From the NCBI RefSeq assembly GCF_001194135.2, contig NC_068992.1, positions 16,831,380 to 16,895,379 on the forward strand: DNA of 64,000 nucleotides. Direction: 5' to 3'. Positions within the stretch are counted from its first letter, which is position 1. Every line of letters starts with the position of its first letter. The position numbers and the translations under genes were made by a program. Below are positions 35,655 through 49,605 of this stretch, piece by piece. The notes under the pieces were generated by a model. That model searched no databases, was not told where the DNA came from, and worked only from the letters and a program-made list of their open reading frames with translations. Origin of the DNA: Octopus bimaculoides. Taxonomy: Eukaryota.

Positions 35655-38600
35655 AATCCTCATGGACTGACAAACACAGTAACAAATATCAGTTAACAAA
35701 AATGTTTCTAATGATTCTAAGTCGAAGAATCACCAATAGAGAAATATTATATGCCTTTCAGACATTCAAAATCGATCCAAATAATAATTATTAGTCTTAT
35801 AATGAATTTATACAGCTAAAGTTCAATGGGAAACTACTCCCTCTTAGGCCCCTAAAATTCCATGTGTCAAAATGAATGAACCCTTAATACAACTAATTAT
35901 ATTAATAGTACGCCACATTATAATTTCGCTAGAGCCAACAACCAGCTAATTTAGTAACAAAATCATTGTAAGTGTCTGTGATCATGTAGCTCTTTGGTAT
36001 TCGTAACCAAAAGATGCAAAAATCAATATATGAGCGTGAGAAAATTAGAGAAATGATCTCCATTAATTTGATCGTGTATTGGCTAATTTAAGACATTTAA
36101 GTGGTTATTTATTAATAAATCAGTTATTTATTAATAAATCAGCATACATGAGAGGAACTATTCTGATAATCATTTCTTTGAAACGGATAGAGAAGACTTC
36201 AATTATCTTTATATTAAAATAAGGAGAACAATTATGAACGGAGACAAAATCTAGTCTCAATGCATTGTTAAATGTTTTATGATCATGAAACAATTATGTT
36301 TATGATTGGCACCTAAAGACGAGCAGGATGTTATGAACATGGTGTAGTTTTAACAAGAATTATCGACAACTAACTATTTAAAACTATTTAGTGTTTCGTT
36401 TTACAAGAATTTCCATATCACTGTCTATATGAAGAAAACATTACTTTGCACCACAGCTCACCTTCATCCTGAACAGCATCCGAATCGAGCCTCTATAATC
36501 GCTGACTACCGAGGATCTTGTCTGGAGAAATCATATCTTTAACATACTCAGGACTGTATCCCAGCGCTTGTTTATATACAGTAGTTATGAAACATAAATG
36601 GTTATTTTATATTCATTGTATATACGATATATATACAGCTATTTAAACAATAGTTAAACTACCAACTCAAACCGTTTTTTTACACTGATGCTCATGAAAC
36701 ACATAGAGAGAGAGAGATATGAGTCTCAAAATTTCCTAAAAAATAAATTCGTCAATGAGCGAAAAAATATTTGTATTTCCGCAGAATGCCCTTTACCTCG
36801 TTCTATCCTTATCAGACCCCCATCATACTCCTACTCTACCGCATATATACAGGAACATTCGGCCAACTGTGTTCACACTGAAACACCTAGGAGAATAAAA
36901 AACACGTTTTGTGTTGTTTTCGTTTTTATTCGTTCGCTTTGATTCTAATATAGTGATACTGTCAACGTCGATACGAGCAGGAAGGCAATAAAATTCGCGA
37001 GTGTTTTATCACTTTTACAGAACTGAAATCAAATCGAGAGATAAAACCTCATTGAAATACTGATATTATACTTCTGTTCTAATAATTCGATCAATACGAT
37101 GCCAAACTGAACTCCATTTCAATAAATGGATTATTTTCAGAGATTTTATTACCAGTATCCGTTGTCGCGCTGTTCAGCTTAGGAGATAAACATTTTATGT
37201 GACATGCTCTAAAGGATATGATGTTCCATTTCACGAAGATGTACAGTGGGACGGTGCTGTTATCAACGGTTTGTAAATTGAAATGGAAAACAATATTTAC
37301 ATGCAATAAGATAAAACACATTTATCTCTTACACATAGAGAAATGGTGGCAAACACTATAAACCGAGGAGTTGTAACGTCAGCAATTGCAGATTTTACAT
37401 CTATTTAGTGGATCTGAAAGAAGACAGTCTGTGGAGAGCTCTACTCTCCAATGCTATCTACACAAAAGTAGTTGAACGCACAGTTCAAAAGTAACAGAAT
37501 ACACTTAAACTACTTAATACCAGCATTTAAGCATCTAAGGCTAAAGCGCTACTAATGATGCATTTTAAATGTGTTTGCAAGTAGTCGAAATGTGACACGT
37601 GATAATAGACACGAATCTTTGATTTCAAAACCCAATATTTTAAATATTAGAAAACTATATTAAAATATTTGACCAACAGTCTTTGACTATCCACTATCGC
37701 CTTGTGATATTGGATTTTTCCAAGATCAACACGTGTCATTCACAAATGTGTTTATACTACTTATGAAATTACCTCTTCTTCATTCTTCCTCCAGGATCAA
37801 TAAAATAAATACAACACATATTTTATATATGTAAGTAGATTTATTATATTTGCTATCAAATAGTCGTATTTTAGGCTGAATTATGCATTCCTATTTCAAA
37901 ATATCCGATCGTAATTGACAGGAAGATTAACTTGCGGTTGACAATTAAATGCGTTGCCTCCTCAATTAAATTTCCAACTGGTTTGGCATCAGTTTTTAAC
38001 TAAAGTCGATACAATTATTATTACAGTCGATTCGGTCTCCTACAATCCACCATTTCAAATCTGTGACAATAAATCGAAAATATTATAAGTTTTCATTGCA
38101 GTAACGCTTTATATTCATATTAAACCTACTATTTGACTCAAGGCCTATGAAGCATGTACTAACATCATCATAAAGCAATTTCCCTATACAATGTAAAGCA
38201 ACACTAAAAGCCATACACAAAATTGTAGATTGTAGTTTCCCCTTGTCTAGAATGGTCTTTGTCTATATTTTAAGCGTTTCAAACCATTGGTTAAATCGTG
38301 AGAATCAATGATATGTTTTATGAACAGCTGTGAACACTTTAACTCCGATTGAGAAAACGATATTTATTATAACAATTCATATATCGATTTTATTTTCCCT
38401 GATGTTTATGAAATATATCATTTTAAGTTTCTAATTTACCAGAAACTTTTTAGTAAATACTTGTTCTTTAGATTAACTCTTGTTATATTCTGCTTGCTTT
38501 TCTTCATCCCGAAGAAACCAAACTTTATTATGAATATGTTGAAAGTTTTACTCTGAAAGCGAGTCGACTAAGGCAGTTTCAATTTATTTAAGCCAATAGT

Positions 38601-38709
38601 ATAATGTCTGTAAGAAAGGAATAAATATCACCAGGAATTATAACTATGACAATATACACACATATACATATGTATATGTGATTGTATACACAAACACAAA
38701 CTTACACAC

Positions 38710-38764
<55 letters not shown>

Positions 38765-38804
38765 CATATGTACGTAAGTGTGTATGTATGTATGTGTGTA
38801 TGTA

Positions 38805-38915
38805 TGTACCAGGCTTAAAAGAAAAGTACTAGTGTCGATTCATTCGACTAAAAATTCAAGGCGGTGCTCCAGCATGGCCACAATCTAATGACTAAAACAT
38901 GTAAAAGATAAAAGG
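38805..38915 (+). mobile_element. SINE family A, 3' end
   Basis: gtaccaggctt..gtcgattcattcgactaaaa..ggcggtgctccagcatggccacaatctaatgactaaaacatgtaaaaga. Confidence 0.85.
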
Positions 38916-40236
38916 TAGATGAGAATATTTTTATCATCTATCATCTATATCGGAAACACAAAGAAGGTTTAATATGTGTTGGAGTCAACAGAGAATTGGC
39001 TAATCATAAGAATATAAAGGCTAAGCAAAATAAGTTAGCTTTCGCTAATTTAATTGCTCTTCAGAAACACTTCTTTAACTTTAAATCTATAGCATATGTG
39101 ATATGTGTGTATAAGTATGTGTAATATATGTCACATCAAGCCAATCTAATATTTAATCTCGGTGTGTGACAATAAGAGCTATATAACAATAAGCATGCTA
39201 TTGAGACAATCAACTGAAATTATCCCATATCACTTACATACTGAATTCTGTTACAAAGGCATGAACATTGCATCATCACCTTTCATGTTCTTTAATAATA
39301 TATATACTGAATCCATTCAAATAAAAACCAATGTGCTTTGGCAGGACGCATCTTTTACAGGCAATTCAAACCGTTCTTTTTAAATATCTTCTATTATTAT
39401 TAAGCATTAAATCATACAAAAGACAGCATCACTTCTGTTATTTGAAATGTCATAACGCCATTTGCTTTTAGCAACGGTATCTCTGGTATGGAGAACTTAC
39501 ACTCAGTTGAAGAATATAACAGCATTTAAATTGACATTTACATTATTTCATAAGTAACATACGCTTCAAAATAAATCCCCCAAAGTTATCTCATTGAAAA
39601 ACCATTACCCCTTGACAGTAAACAACGTTCAAAAGAACTGTGGATGCCACAAAGAAAAAGAAACGAAGGAAAGCAACCACATCTACTAAAAGCAATATAT
39701 TTCGTATATATTTCCGTCTTGACTAAATGATATGTGCGTCTGCGTATGTGTATATGTATATGTATATAAATACAAACACACACACACACACACANNNNNN
39801 NNNNNNNNNNNNNNNNNNNNNNNNNNNNNNNNNNNNNNNNNNNNNNNNNNNNNNNNNNNNNNNNNNNNNNNNNNNNNNNNNNNNNNNNNNNNNNNNNNNN
39901 NNNNNNNNNNNNNNNNNNNNNNNNNNNNNNNNNNNNNNNNNNNNNNNNNNNNNNNNNNNNNNNNNNNNNNNNNNNNNNNNNNNNNNNNNNNNNNNNNNNN
40001 NNNNNNNNNNNNNNNNNNNNNNNNNNNNNNNNNNNNNNNNNNNNNNNNNNNNNNNNNNNNNNNNNNNNNNNNNNNNNNNNNNNNNNNNNNNNNNNNNNNN
40101 NNNNNNNNNNNNNNNNNNNNNNNNNNNNNNNNNNNNNNNNNNNNNNNNNNNNNNNNNNNNNNNNNNNNNNNNNNNNNNNNNNNNNNNNNNNNNNNNNNNN
40201 NNNNNNNNNNNNNNNNNNNNNNNNNNNNNNNNNNNN

Positions 40237-40269
40237 TACTATTATTATTATTACTATTATTATTATTAC

Positions 40270-40338
<69 letters not shown>

Positions 40339-40349
40339 TATTATTATTA

Positions 40350-40407
<58 letters not shown>

Positions 40408-40431
40408 TATTAGTCATTATTATTATTATTA

Positions 40432-40496
<65 letters not shown>

Positions 40497-40515
40497 AGTA
40501 ATAGTATTATTATTA
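40237..40515. repeat. (TAT)n microsatellite
   Basis: Seen directly; adjoins a gap. Confidence 0.95.
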
Positions 40516-42750
40516 ATTATTATCGCATCATCAATGTTATAAACCATGATACTTGATTATTGTCTTTGTTGTTGTTGTTGTTTCATTTTCATTGCTTTCA
40601 TTGGTTTCTTACAAGATGATTAATAATTTACTTTTCATTTTAGAAAACGATGTATGATCACAATATATCAGCGCAATAACATTCACGGAAAGAAAAAAAA
40701 ACAAAAAAAAAAACACGTATGAAACCATGAATTCAAACGATAACATACTACATACTTTCAAAGGTATTTGGCTGTCACTTTGTACAACGCTTCAGCGTTA
40801 AAACATCATTTGTAAATTCTTGAGTGATTACTAAATAGACAGCTATTTGTATTGATTCTTACATCAAACATTTACTTCGTCTATAACTTCGATGGCTCCA
40901 AATAGCGTTGCCATTTACAGTTGAAATCAATAGAATAGCTATTACGTGTATGGCTATACGATCGTTTCCTACTAACCCAAAACTGTGCAAATGTAGCAGA
41001 CAGGATTTGAGGGATTTTCTGACTGTGTGTTTTATACAAACACACACACAGGTGTCTAATATTTATGGAATTTCTCTGTAGATATACCCATGTTGTGGTC
41101 CGTTTAGTGTTACTATCATTGCAATAGAGCAGCTGAGTATCCCTATTACTTATGAATGAACAATACAATTGTGCTTATTCAGAGAGTAGGCTGTAGAAAG
41201 AAAATTTGACGTGACAGAAGAAACCTCACCATAGTTTTGAAATCAGCCAATTTTAATCTAAATCAAGTGAAAAAGCTAACTCAACAGAAATTATGTTCAA
41301 AATTGTTCCTTTCTGTTGTTTATCAGCTTTTACAAGTTTCCTTATATCACAGAATTTGTTGCTTTTTAAACATGAAGCCTATGATTTTCTTTACTTTAAA
41401 TATTTTATACAACTTTATTCTTTTATTTACCTGTCTTTTGTACAACATCTATGTATATAGTGGCGTCATTTCTACCAAAAGGAGATAATCATTTTTACAC
41501 GTCTAGCTTTTCAAATTATTTCGATTTTACTTTTTGCAAAACATTTTCTCTTTAAGTTATATGCGAGCATAAGAGAAACATCTACGAGTAACGACGGAAT
41601 AATTCATCAGCTTGTATACACACACACGCGCGCGCGAGTGTGTAGTAGCAACCATTCACTTAAAGTGATGAACCACATGTTCTATGTATAGAAAATGATA
41701 ATATACAAAAGAAAATAAAAGCAATCGGAAGTGATATAAGAAGACAGATGTTATAAGGTGAACGATTACCCGCTGTTGCAGGAAGGGAGAAGAGCCACAT
41801 CTCAAAATCGAAACAAGACTGTTGATAATAGACATGACATCCCAACCAATAATAATAAACTGTTATCTTACAAATACAACTGTCATGTCAACGTGGAAAT
41901 CTGTTCGCCGATTGAGATAATACAAGTGAGTTAACATAAACATATTTGAAATAAGAGATATACGATATATGGTGGGTGTTGTGCAGAATGATATATGAAG
42001 TAATTAAAAAGTGATGTATCAGAAATGACTTAATCGCTGAATATTCGTATTTATTTTCTGCAACGGCAGATGTTCGGAAATGTATGACATCATATATTTG
42101 TATGCATCTGTTTTTCTTTTTGTGTGTGCGTGCATGTGTGTGAGTGTGTGTGTGTATGTGTGTCTATCTATGTGTGTGTACATGTGAAAAGAAAGGGAAG
42201 ACTGCTATTTAGTCATATAAAAGCGCTCTTTTAGCAACACCCTACATTGTTGCTATCTGTCTGACATAACTTGTGCTAAGCATTCAAATTCTAATTCTGA
42301 AGAATCTAATGTCTGGATCGATAGCTGACTTTATACACTTTGATTTTTCCAAAATCTTTAAATATTGACAACAGTGAAATCTTATGTAACTAACTGAAAA
42401 TCTTTAACTTAACAGGAAGTCGAGCTCTTTCTTCAGATTTTTCAACCGTGACCACTACAAAATTCATTAGACATAACCGGAAGACAAAGAAAAAAACACC
42501 CATTCACACATCCCTACGAAGGTATTTGATAGGTCGATATTTACTATACACTCGGCAAACGGCAGGATTTGTGTCCTACCCGTGATAACCGCGGTTGGAC
42601 ATAAAGCCACGCTACACAATAATACTGAAACTGATTAAAAGCGATTGTGTGTTGGACGTTTTCCTCATCCATTTGTGCTTTGGACATATTTGGGTGTTGG
42701 TATCTCAATCATGCTCTCGTTAATTAATACATAGAATTGATAGAACTTAC

Positions 42751-43110
42751 CTAGAGCACGCAGAAGCTCTCATAGTACTGCCAGACGAAAGATTTTTCGT
42801 AATCGTCCATAATCTACAGCAGTATGGACAATAAAGACCAACTATGCAGTCTGTTACGACTGTTGCGAGTTTACTGCCTCTCATATCTTCGATGTGATTC
42901 TTCCATCGACCAAACTGTCCGGTCGTTAGGGTATCAGTAAGTTTAAGTGAAGTGAGTCTCTGCGCTTTTCAAACAATGAGTGGTGGTATCTTATATAGAC
43001 AAAATACAAAATTGTTGAAGTATACAGACAGAATATAAAGAAATGGGGTAATAGGCCACCAAGCAGTCAGCTTGACGTGTACCACAATAACTATCAGGTT
43101 CACGTGTCCC
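42751..43110 (-). promoter_or_regulatory. Candidate Pol II promoter plus first exon (minus strand)
   Basis: TATATAAG at 42997-42990, CRE half-site TGACGT 43073-43078, E-box CACGTG 43101-43106, CpG-retaining unique sequence, perfect donor TAG|GTAAGT after 42751. Confidence 0.35.
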
Positions 43111-43860
43111 CTTTCCGGACTGTGGTCTCAGTTTAAACGATATATGCTCACCGTTCTGACCCTACGGTGGGCCAACTTCAGGCAAGTTACCTGCAGGGTA
43201 ACATCACGTTCTTTAATTTATCGTTCCTCCCCCAAATGGAAGGTGAAGCTGTTGAGAAAACACAAGCCGAAGCAGAAAGTATCTGTTTTAATTGTTTCAA
43301 TTTCAGTCACTATGGAATCACTTTAGCCATGGCCATCAGTCTATGGAAAACGGCCTGTCTTTTGCTGATCAAAATAAAGCGGTGGACAGCGCTATCATTC
43401 CTCACATTATAAAGTTCCTGCTATAAAAGTTAAAAGTTAGAGTCATTAACAACACTAAAAAAAAAATTGGGGGGTCTTTCAAACGACTTTGTATCTCGTA
43501 ATTATATATTACTGTAAGCTAAAGCCATCAGACTTCATAGATGCATTTGATATACGAGGAAAATTTCACAAATAAGATCATTTCAGACTCGTTTATTTCT
43601 CAAAGTTTTCATATGGCTTCAAAATGAATTATATTTCATTTGTGACTTTGTTAATGATACTAGCAAAGCTATGATAGAATTCCAAGTGAAAGCTAAAACC
43701 TGTACTGTTTCTCCATTCATAAACTAGCAAACACAAACACACACACACACACATATATATATATGTGTGTGTGTACACCAACATGTCAATATATATATGC
43801 ATATGTATATATATACAAACATATGGACACACGGACACACACACACGGACACACACGCAC

Positions 43861-43898
<38 letters not shown>

Positions 43899-44412
43899 GT
43901 GTGTGTGTACACCAACATGTCAATATATATATGCATATGTATATATATACAAACATATGGACACANNNNNNNNNNNNNNNNNNNNNNNNNNNNNNNNNNN
44001 NNNNNNNNNNNNNNNNNNNNNNNNNNNNNNNNNNNNNNNNNNNNNNNNNNNNNNNNNNNNNNNNNNNNNNNNNNNNNNNNNNNNNNNNNNNNNNNNNNNN
44101 NNNNNNNNNNNNNNNNNNNNNNNNNNNNNNNNNNNNNNNNNNNNNNNNNNNNNNNNNNNNNNNNNNNNNNNNNNNNNNNNNNNNNNNNNGTGTGTATATA
44201 TATAAATTTGTGCATATAAGTGCATAAAGTGGTGTAAGAAATCAATACATTGGATCAATTGCATTCGGTCGACTACATTCATTCTGTACAAAAAAAAAAA
44301 ATAGTATTACATTCAGACAACAGCAATCCATATTTTACGGTAATTAGAAGACGTATCGATTAGCAACGGCAGTCATAACGATGTCGCCAGCAGCAGCACC
44401 AACTACAGTACC

Positions 44413-44414
<2 letters not shown>

Positions 44415-44481
<67 letters not shown>

Positions 44482-44515
44482 TGTTGTTGTTGTTGTTGTT
44501 GTTGTAGTGGTAGTA
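44415..44515. repeat. (TAG)n-(TTG)n microsatellite
   Basis: Seen directly in the sequence. Confidence 0.95.
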
Positions 44516-44780
44516 GTCAAAGCATATGGTGTCCTTTACGTCGTCATGTGCTCAACACATAGGTAAGAATATTCAATAATTCGTAAGAAGTATCATAGCC
44601 AGGATTTGCTGCATTCTGCGAATGTTGAAAGAATGCTTATTGGCTTATCAGATAAAAGCTAACTTTCACAACGCATTTAACTTGTAGATACACGGATGCC
44701 AGATACAATCAATAATAGCAGTTGAGCTGCTATGACTTCCGACGGTTCTAACTTGTTAAACACAATATATACACATACAT

Positions 44781-44858
<78 letters not shown>

Positions 44859-45533
44859 CAAGGATAAGAATACTCTGGCAGTTGTTCATAGAAAAGAAAA
44901 TAAATATTAAACAAATACTAAAAATTGAAACTAAAACATTTATAACTCGATTATACAAGTAGCTGGATTTTGCCAAGTTTCTTCGCAATATATATTGTCA
45001 AATGTTCTACTTTTCATGTTAATTTTTAACATGTTACCATATTCTTATACAATGGAATGAGTCTTATAGAACGAATTTTAAGTCGTCTTGCAATGTCTTT
45101 ATCTTTTTAATTTTTTTTTTCACTTTTTGTGTATACTTTGTGAAGATAGGGAGAATTTAATCGTTAGGGAAATTTTATTATCTACTTACAGCGACAGCTA
45201 TTACAGACGTGGTATTACATCTCTAGATACAATGGCCAGATAGATGTATTACGATCCTATTGGCTCGAAAGACATTTGTATATTTGTATCAAACTTCTTC
45301 ATAAGTTCTTTTTACTGTTTTATGCATTGAAATAAAATTGTGTGGACTGCGTTTCATCTCTTACCTGCTTTTCAAGAATCCCCTGCTTCGTTACTCTGGC
45401 TAATTATGTCACTACTAAAACAGCTGTTGCTTCGCGGAATAAACTACATGCCACTTGCTACTGCACTTCATGTCATCATCTGCAGAATGTATGCCGCTAA
45501 CTAGTCATTTAATAATAACCACACACACACACA

Positions 45534-45602
<69 letters not shown>

Positions 45603-45699
45603 CCTTTCTTTCCCAGATCTTAAGTCTGTAATTTAATTTCCATCTATGCTTTAATATAAGTGATCACGTAATCGACCAGAAAATCGGATGTGGTTATGC

Positions 45700-45958
45700 A
45701 TCGCTGCTCACGAAGCACTTCACATCGTTTTATCGTTCGAATGATACCAACCCGCTGGTTTAGCAAGCAGGCCAACATTCCCCCTCATCGGAAGACTAGT
45801 CTCTCACAGGTTTACCCATTTACATCTGAATGGACTGGAACAATCTGAGATGAAGTGTTTTGCTGAAGAACATAACGCGAGGCTGTCTGAGGAAAGGAAC
45901 CACGATCGCATGATTGTGAATGCGAGACCTCATAGTCACTAGGTTATGTACTTTAGTA
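45700..45958 (-). mobile_element. tRNA-headed SINE with CORE-like domain, diverged
   Basis: Reverse complement: ctagtgactatgaggtctcgcattcacaatcatgcg..gcaaaacacttcatctcagattgttccagtccattcagatgtaaatgggta. Confidence 0.7.
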
Positions 45959-48169
45959 TGAGTACAATTTCAAAAGGAATGTGTTTATTGCTTGTTGTTT
46001 AATTTTTTATGATGAATAAAAAAAAAATTAAAATTAAAAATCTGTTTAGTTTGCGCTTTTTTAATCTCTGCCGTATTTTAACATTTTGGCAAAAAAAGTC
46101 AGCAAATAGGATACGTCCACCGAAAAAAAGAATCAATGGTCAGAGTTCCTATAAACGCTAAACAAGAAAAAAAAAGCTAACATGGACGCGAATTATTCTC
46201 GCAGACTATTTTTGAAAAAAAGAAATTATTAACTTATCAAGCACAGATAGTTCTTCCTTCGATGATACTAAGAACAACAACCCAAAGAATAGGATTACTC
46301 TTACACATGCATCATCCAATGGATATGTTAGAGGAAAACAGATTTTATTTTATATTTTAATTTCAAATCCAACAAGAGTTGATAATCATCTCAGTACCAG
46401 TCATACTCTTATGTCGATCATTGAATCACTTTACGTTTTCTATTGTAAATGTATTTGCACAAGACACTCTAAAGAAACCTTTGTTTTATTAAATGAGGAA
46501 AGCTACTTTTAGATTACAAAGAACGCTGTGATTAATGGTGAGATGAAAATATTGAGATGAATATAAAATAGGAAGAATGTTGTCTAGATGATAATATATT
46601 CCGTTTAGTACAGTGATAAAAAGAAAGAGCGCTACAGGTTTTCATTAAGTAGCATTGCATGCTATCATTTTGTATTTAGAGAATAGCGTTAAGTGAAAGA
46701 ATGATTGGAATGAAAAGTCTCATACAGTTAGACGCGTCTGAAATGTTTGGTGATTTATAACTTGGGTTAAATGCTAATCAATAAAAGAATTAATAGTAGA
46801 ATGAAAAAAATACAATCTGGGAAGAGACATCGTGTGAATTAATTTTTAAGACCATATTTAGTTTTGTTCCCAGGAAGGCATATTCCTTCGTAAGAAAGAG
46901 AAAATTCGAGTGACAAATATTTTCGTGAAATTGTGTGTTCCAGTAGGTTTTCACAGGAACAATGGTACAAAGTTTATTTCAGAAACATAAATGTGAGTTA
47001 CATAGGAAGATTGGTAGTATCGTTAGAGCATCAGACAGAATACGCCACGTTTTATGTTCGAGCTCCGGACGATCTGTGTTCAAATCAAACTAGTTCTTTT
47101 AATTTTTACTTCTATCAGTCATTAGACTTCAGCTTGTAAAGCATTATGCGCACTCCTTACCTTTCCTATTAAACGATTAAAAAGTTAGAAAAACGAAGAT
47201 GTCGAAATCTTAGGGATTTGAAAAATGGGTAAAGATAAAATCGACATAATATTGCCGTTATTAATCCTATATCTGTTATCAAACTACTTCCTTAAAATGC
47301 ATCCTTATTAGATATCATTTGACTACAAGATATTTACAAGAGCTATGGAAGCTGTGATTGACGATTCGCCTACCGAAATATGATAAAATATTAATTAATT
47401 CTCTTATTAAGCTTCTTAAAATTGGAACAGCTATATATACTTAGCTTCACATCTAACAGTAACGTGATTTTTAATGTTTCAAGTTCAATAAAATAAAGTT
47501 CTCAAATGATTTCTTTATCGTAAATATAATTTGTATCTTCTAACTCTAAGTTTGTAGCAGTAGCAGTGAAATTCCGTTCGTTGTTATCTCTGGCGGTCAT
47601 GCGTAATCTAATACATGTTCCAAGTAACTTCACTTATACTGTGATAAATGAGAAATCTCAAAACAATTTAAGTGAACAATATATGAATTCACCCTGCAGA
47701 GTGCACACTGAAAACAAATGTATCACAATTTCCTTAACAATGGGATGTCAGCAGAGGTTTGTAGATGCACATATCTTTCGATAAAATATTTATATTAAAT
47801 ATTCAAGTATAGATAACACTGTAATTGAAAAGCAAATTGCTATTGGTGTAAACTCATAATATAAAATATTTATCATTATATATGCAGCATGAGGCACAAA
47901 CAACTAAATCGGTCTAATATAGTCTTCCAACCGAAGTCTCCACTCGAACATTTCTATCTGCTTTAAATGATTTAGGATTTCATTCTTTGTTTCTAAATCA
48001 TCTACGTATATATAGACATAAATGCCTAAAATAGATAGTTATAGTCTCATAGTACAAGCATTATTTAAAATGTTTTGGTTATATGGCTATGTTTCACTGA
48101 GCACTAACAATAATATATTCTAATATATAATATAATATATGTTGAATTCAAATCTTTAATAATCCTGTC

Positions 48170-48352
48170 TACTATTACTACAAGGTTTGAAATTGTGAGG
48201 AATCTGTCGAGTCGATTACATCGACCCCACTACCCAACTGATGCTTATTTTATCGACCCCGAAATAATTAAAGGCAAAGTCAAGCTCGAGGGCATTTGAA
48301 TTCAGCAAGTGAAATCAGAAGAAATGTCACCGGGCATTTTGTCCGTCTTGCA
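48170..48352 (-). mobile_element. SINE family B, diverged
   Basis: gtcgattacatcgacccc..ttatcgaccccgaaa..aaaggcaaagtcaagctcgagggcatttgaattcag. Confidence 0.8.
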
Positions 48353-48354
48353 CA

Positions 48355-49605
48355 CTACGCTAAACGCATAGCGGCATTGCGTCCGTCTTCACGTATTTGG
48401 GATCGGATTCCACAACGGCCAACATTGTCTTTCATTTTTTTGGAGTCGATAAAATGTGGACGAGATGCATTCCAGAATTTTTCAAAACTGTTTTAGAAGA
48501 AAAATAAACGCTACAGAAACTTATGAAATGTTTTAGATTACTTATGAATTAACTTTTATGAACCGATCATCTGTTTTCGGCTTGCACAACAGGTTCAAGG
48601 ATGGTAAAGAGGCGGTTAGAAAACTATGAAAGATGTGAGGAGAAGAAGAAGAGCGTCAGAACATCAGAGCTGTTTTAAAAATGTGCAATTGTCTAAATAA
48701 AGACTGCCGTGTGTTCATAAAGACAATAAGCATAGAGTTTGAAGTTAGTGTGGCAACTGTACGCAGAATTATTCATGAAGATCTAAACCTTCGCTAAATT
48801 GTGTTCCTTAGATGCCCAGTGACGAACACAAGAAAAGATTACCTCCAATCCAAGACTACTTGAATCTCTAGTGACCTGTGACGGAAGCTGTGTCTACTGA
48901 TATGATCCAGGTACCAAGGGACAGAGTGTGCCTAAAGGAAGCATCCTAGCTCGCCCAAAGCCAAGAAGGCCAGGAAAAGGAAGCCCACCTGTAACCTGAT
49001 AATGATATCCTTTCCCAACAACAAAGGCATCACCTACATTCCTTGGGCTCCCTCTGCTTAGACGGTCAACAAAGAGCACTTTTAGAGGCTTTGAGTGAAT
49101 CCAGGAGGAGATTTCATTGCAAAAGGCCAGTGGTTTTCCGCTCAGTTCGGTGATACCTGCACCAAGAGAATACATCAGTTCAAAATTGCATCCTAGTAAC
49201 TAATTACTTGATAGGGATGGGAACCAAAACTGTCCTTCACCCTCCCTACAGCCCAGACTTTGCTCCTTGTGACTTCAGGTTGTTCCCCAAGCTGAAGAAG
49301 AGCCTTACTGGTAGACGTTTTAAAGAAACCGAAATGAAGGCAGCTGTGATAAGAGTCCAGGACACCTTCACTTTGGAGGACTTTCATGGAGCCTTCACAA
49401 ACTGGCTGGAGCGCTACAAATACATTGAAGTCAGAGAAGCTTAGAGTTTTATACTTCTTTAAAATTAATAAATGTCTCTCTTGAAAAAAGTCTGAAAACT
49501 TCTGGACTGCATCTCGTACTATTCAAGTACTGAATTGAATATAATCGACTTCCCCTTCCTCTCAAAAAAGCTGCTTGCCCAGTGCCAGAACTCAAAACTA
49601 AATCT
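48355..49605 (+). mobile_element. SINE family B split by the mariner insertion (parts 48355-48460 and 49517-49605)
   Basis: Left part ends ..gtcgataaaatgtgGA, right part resumes TActattcaagtactg..aatcgactt; joined they match the consensus gataaaataagTAccagttgagtactgg. Confidence 0.7.
48461..49516 (+). mobile_element. Defective mariner transposon (1056 bp, both TIRs)
   Basis: TIRs CGAGATGCATTCCAGAA / TTCTGGACTGCATCTCG|TA; transposase relics VTCDGSCVY*YDP (~48871-48909) and HPPYSPDFAPCDF (~49238-49276); stops, frameshifts and deletions. Confidence 0.92.

Noticed and set aside
36785-36930. Plus-strand terminal exon (acceptor, 84-aa ORF, AATAAA, GT-rich tract)
   Set aside because: No homology and no linked upstream exon; signals are common in this base composition.
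40859-41047. 62-aa minus ORF with hydrophobic stretch IAIHVIAILLISTVNG
   Set aside because: No nearby ATG or matching splice sites in that frame.
43740-43965. 134-bp direct duplication of a compound SSR block
   Set aside because: The second copy runs straight into an N gap; likely a contig-overlap artefact unless long reads confirm it.
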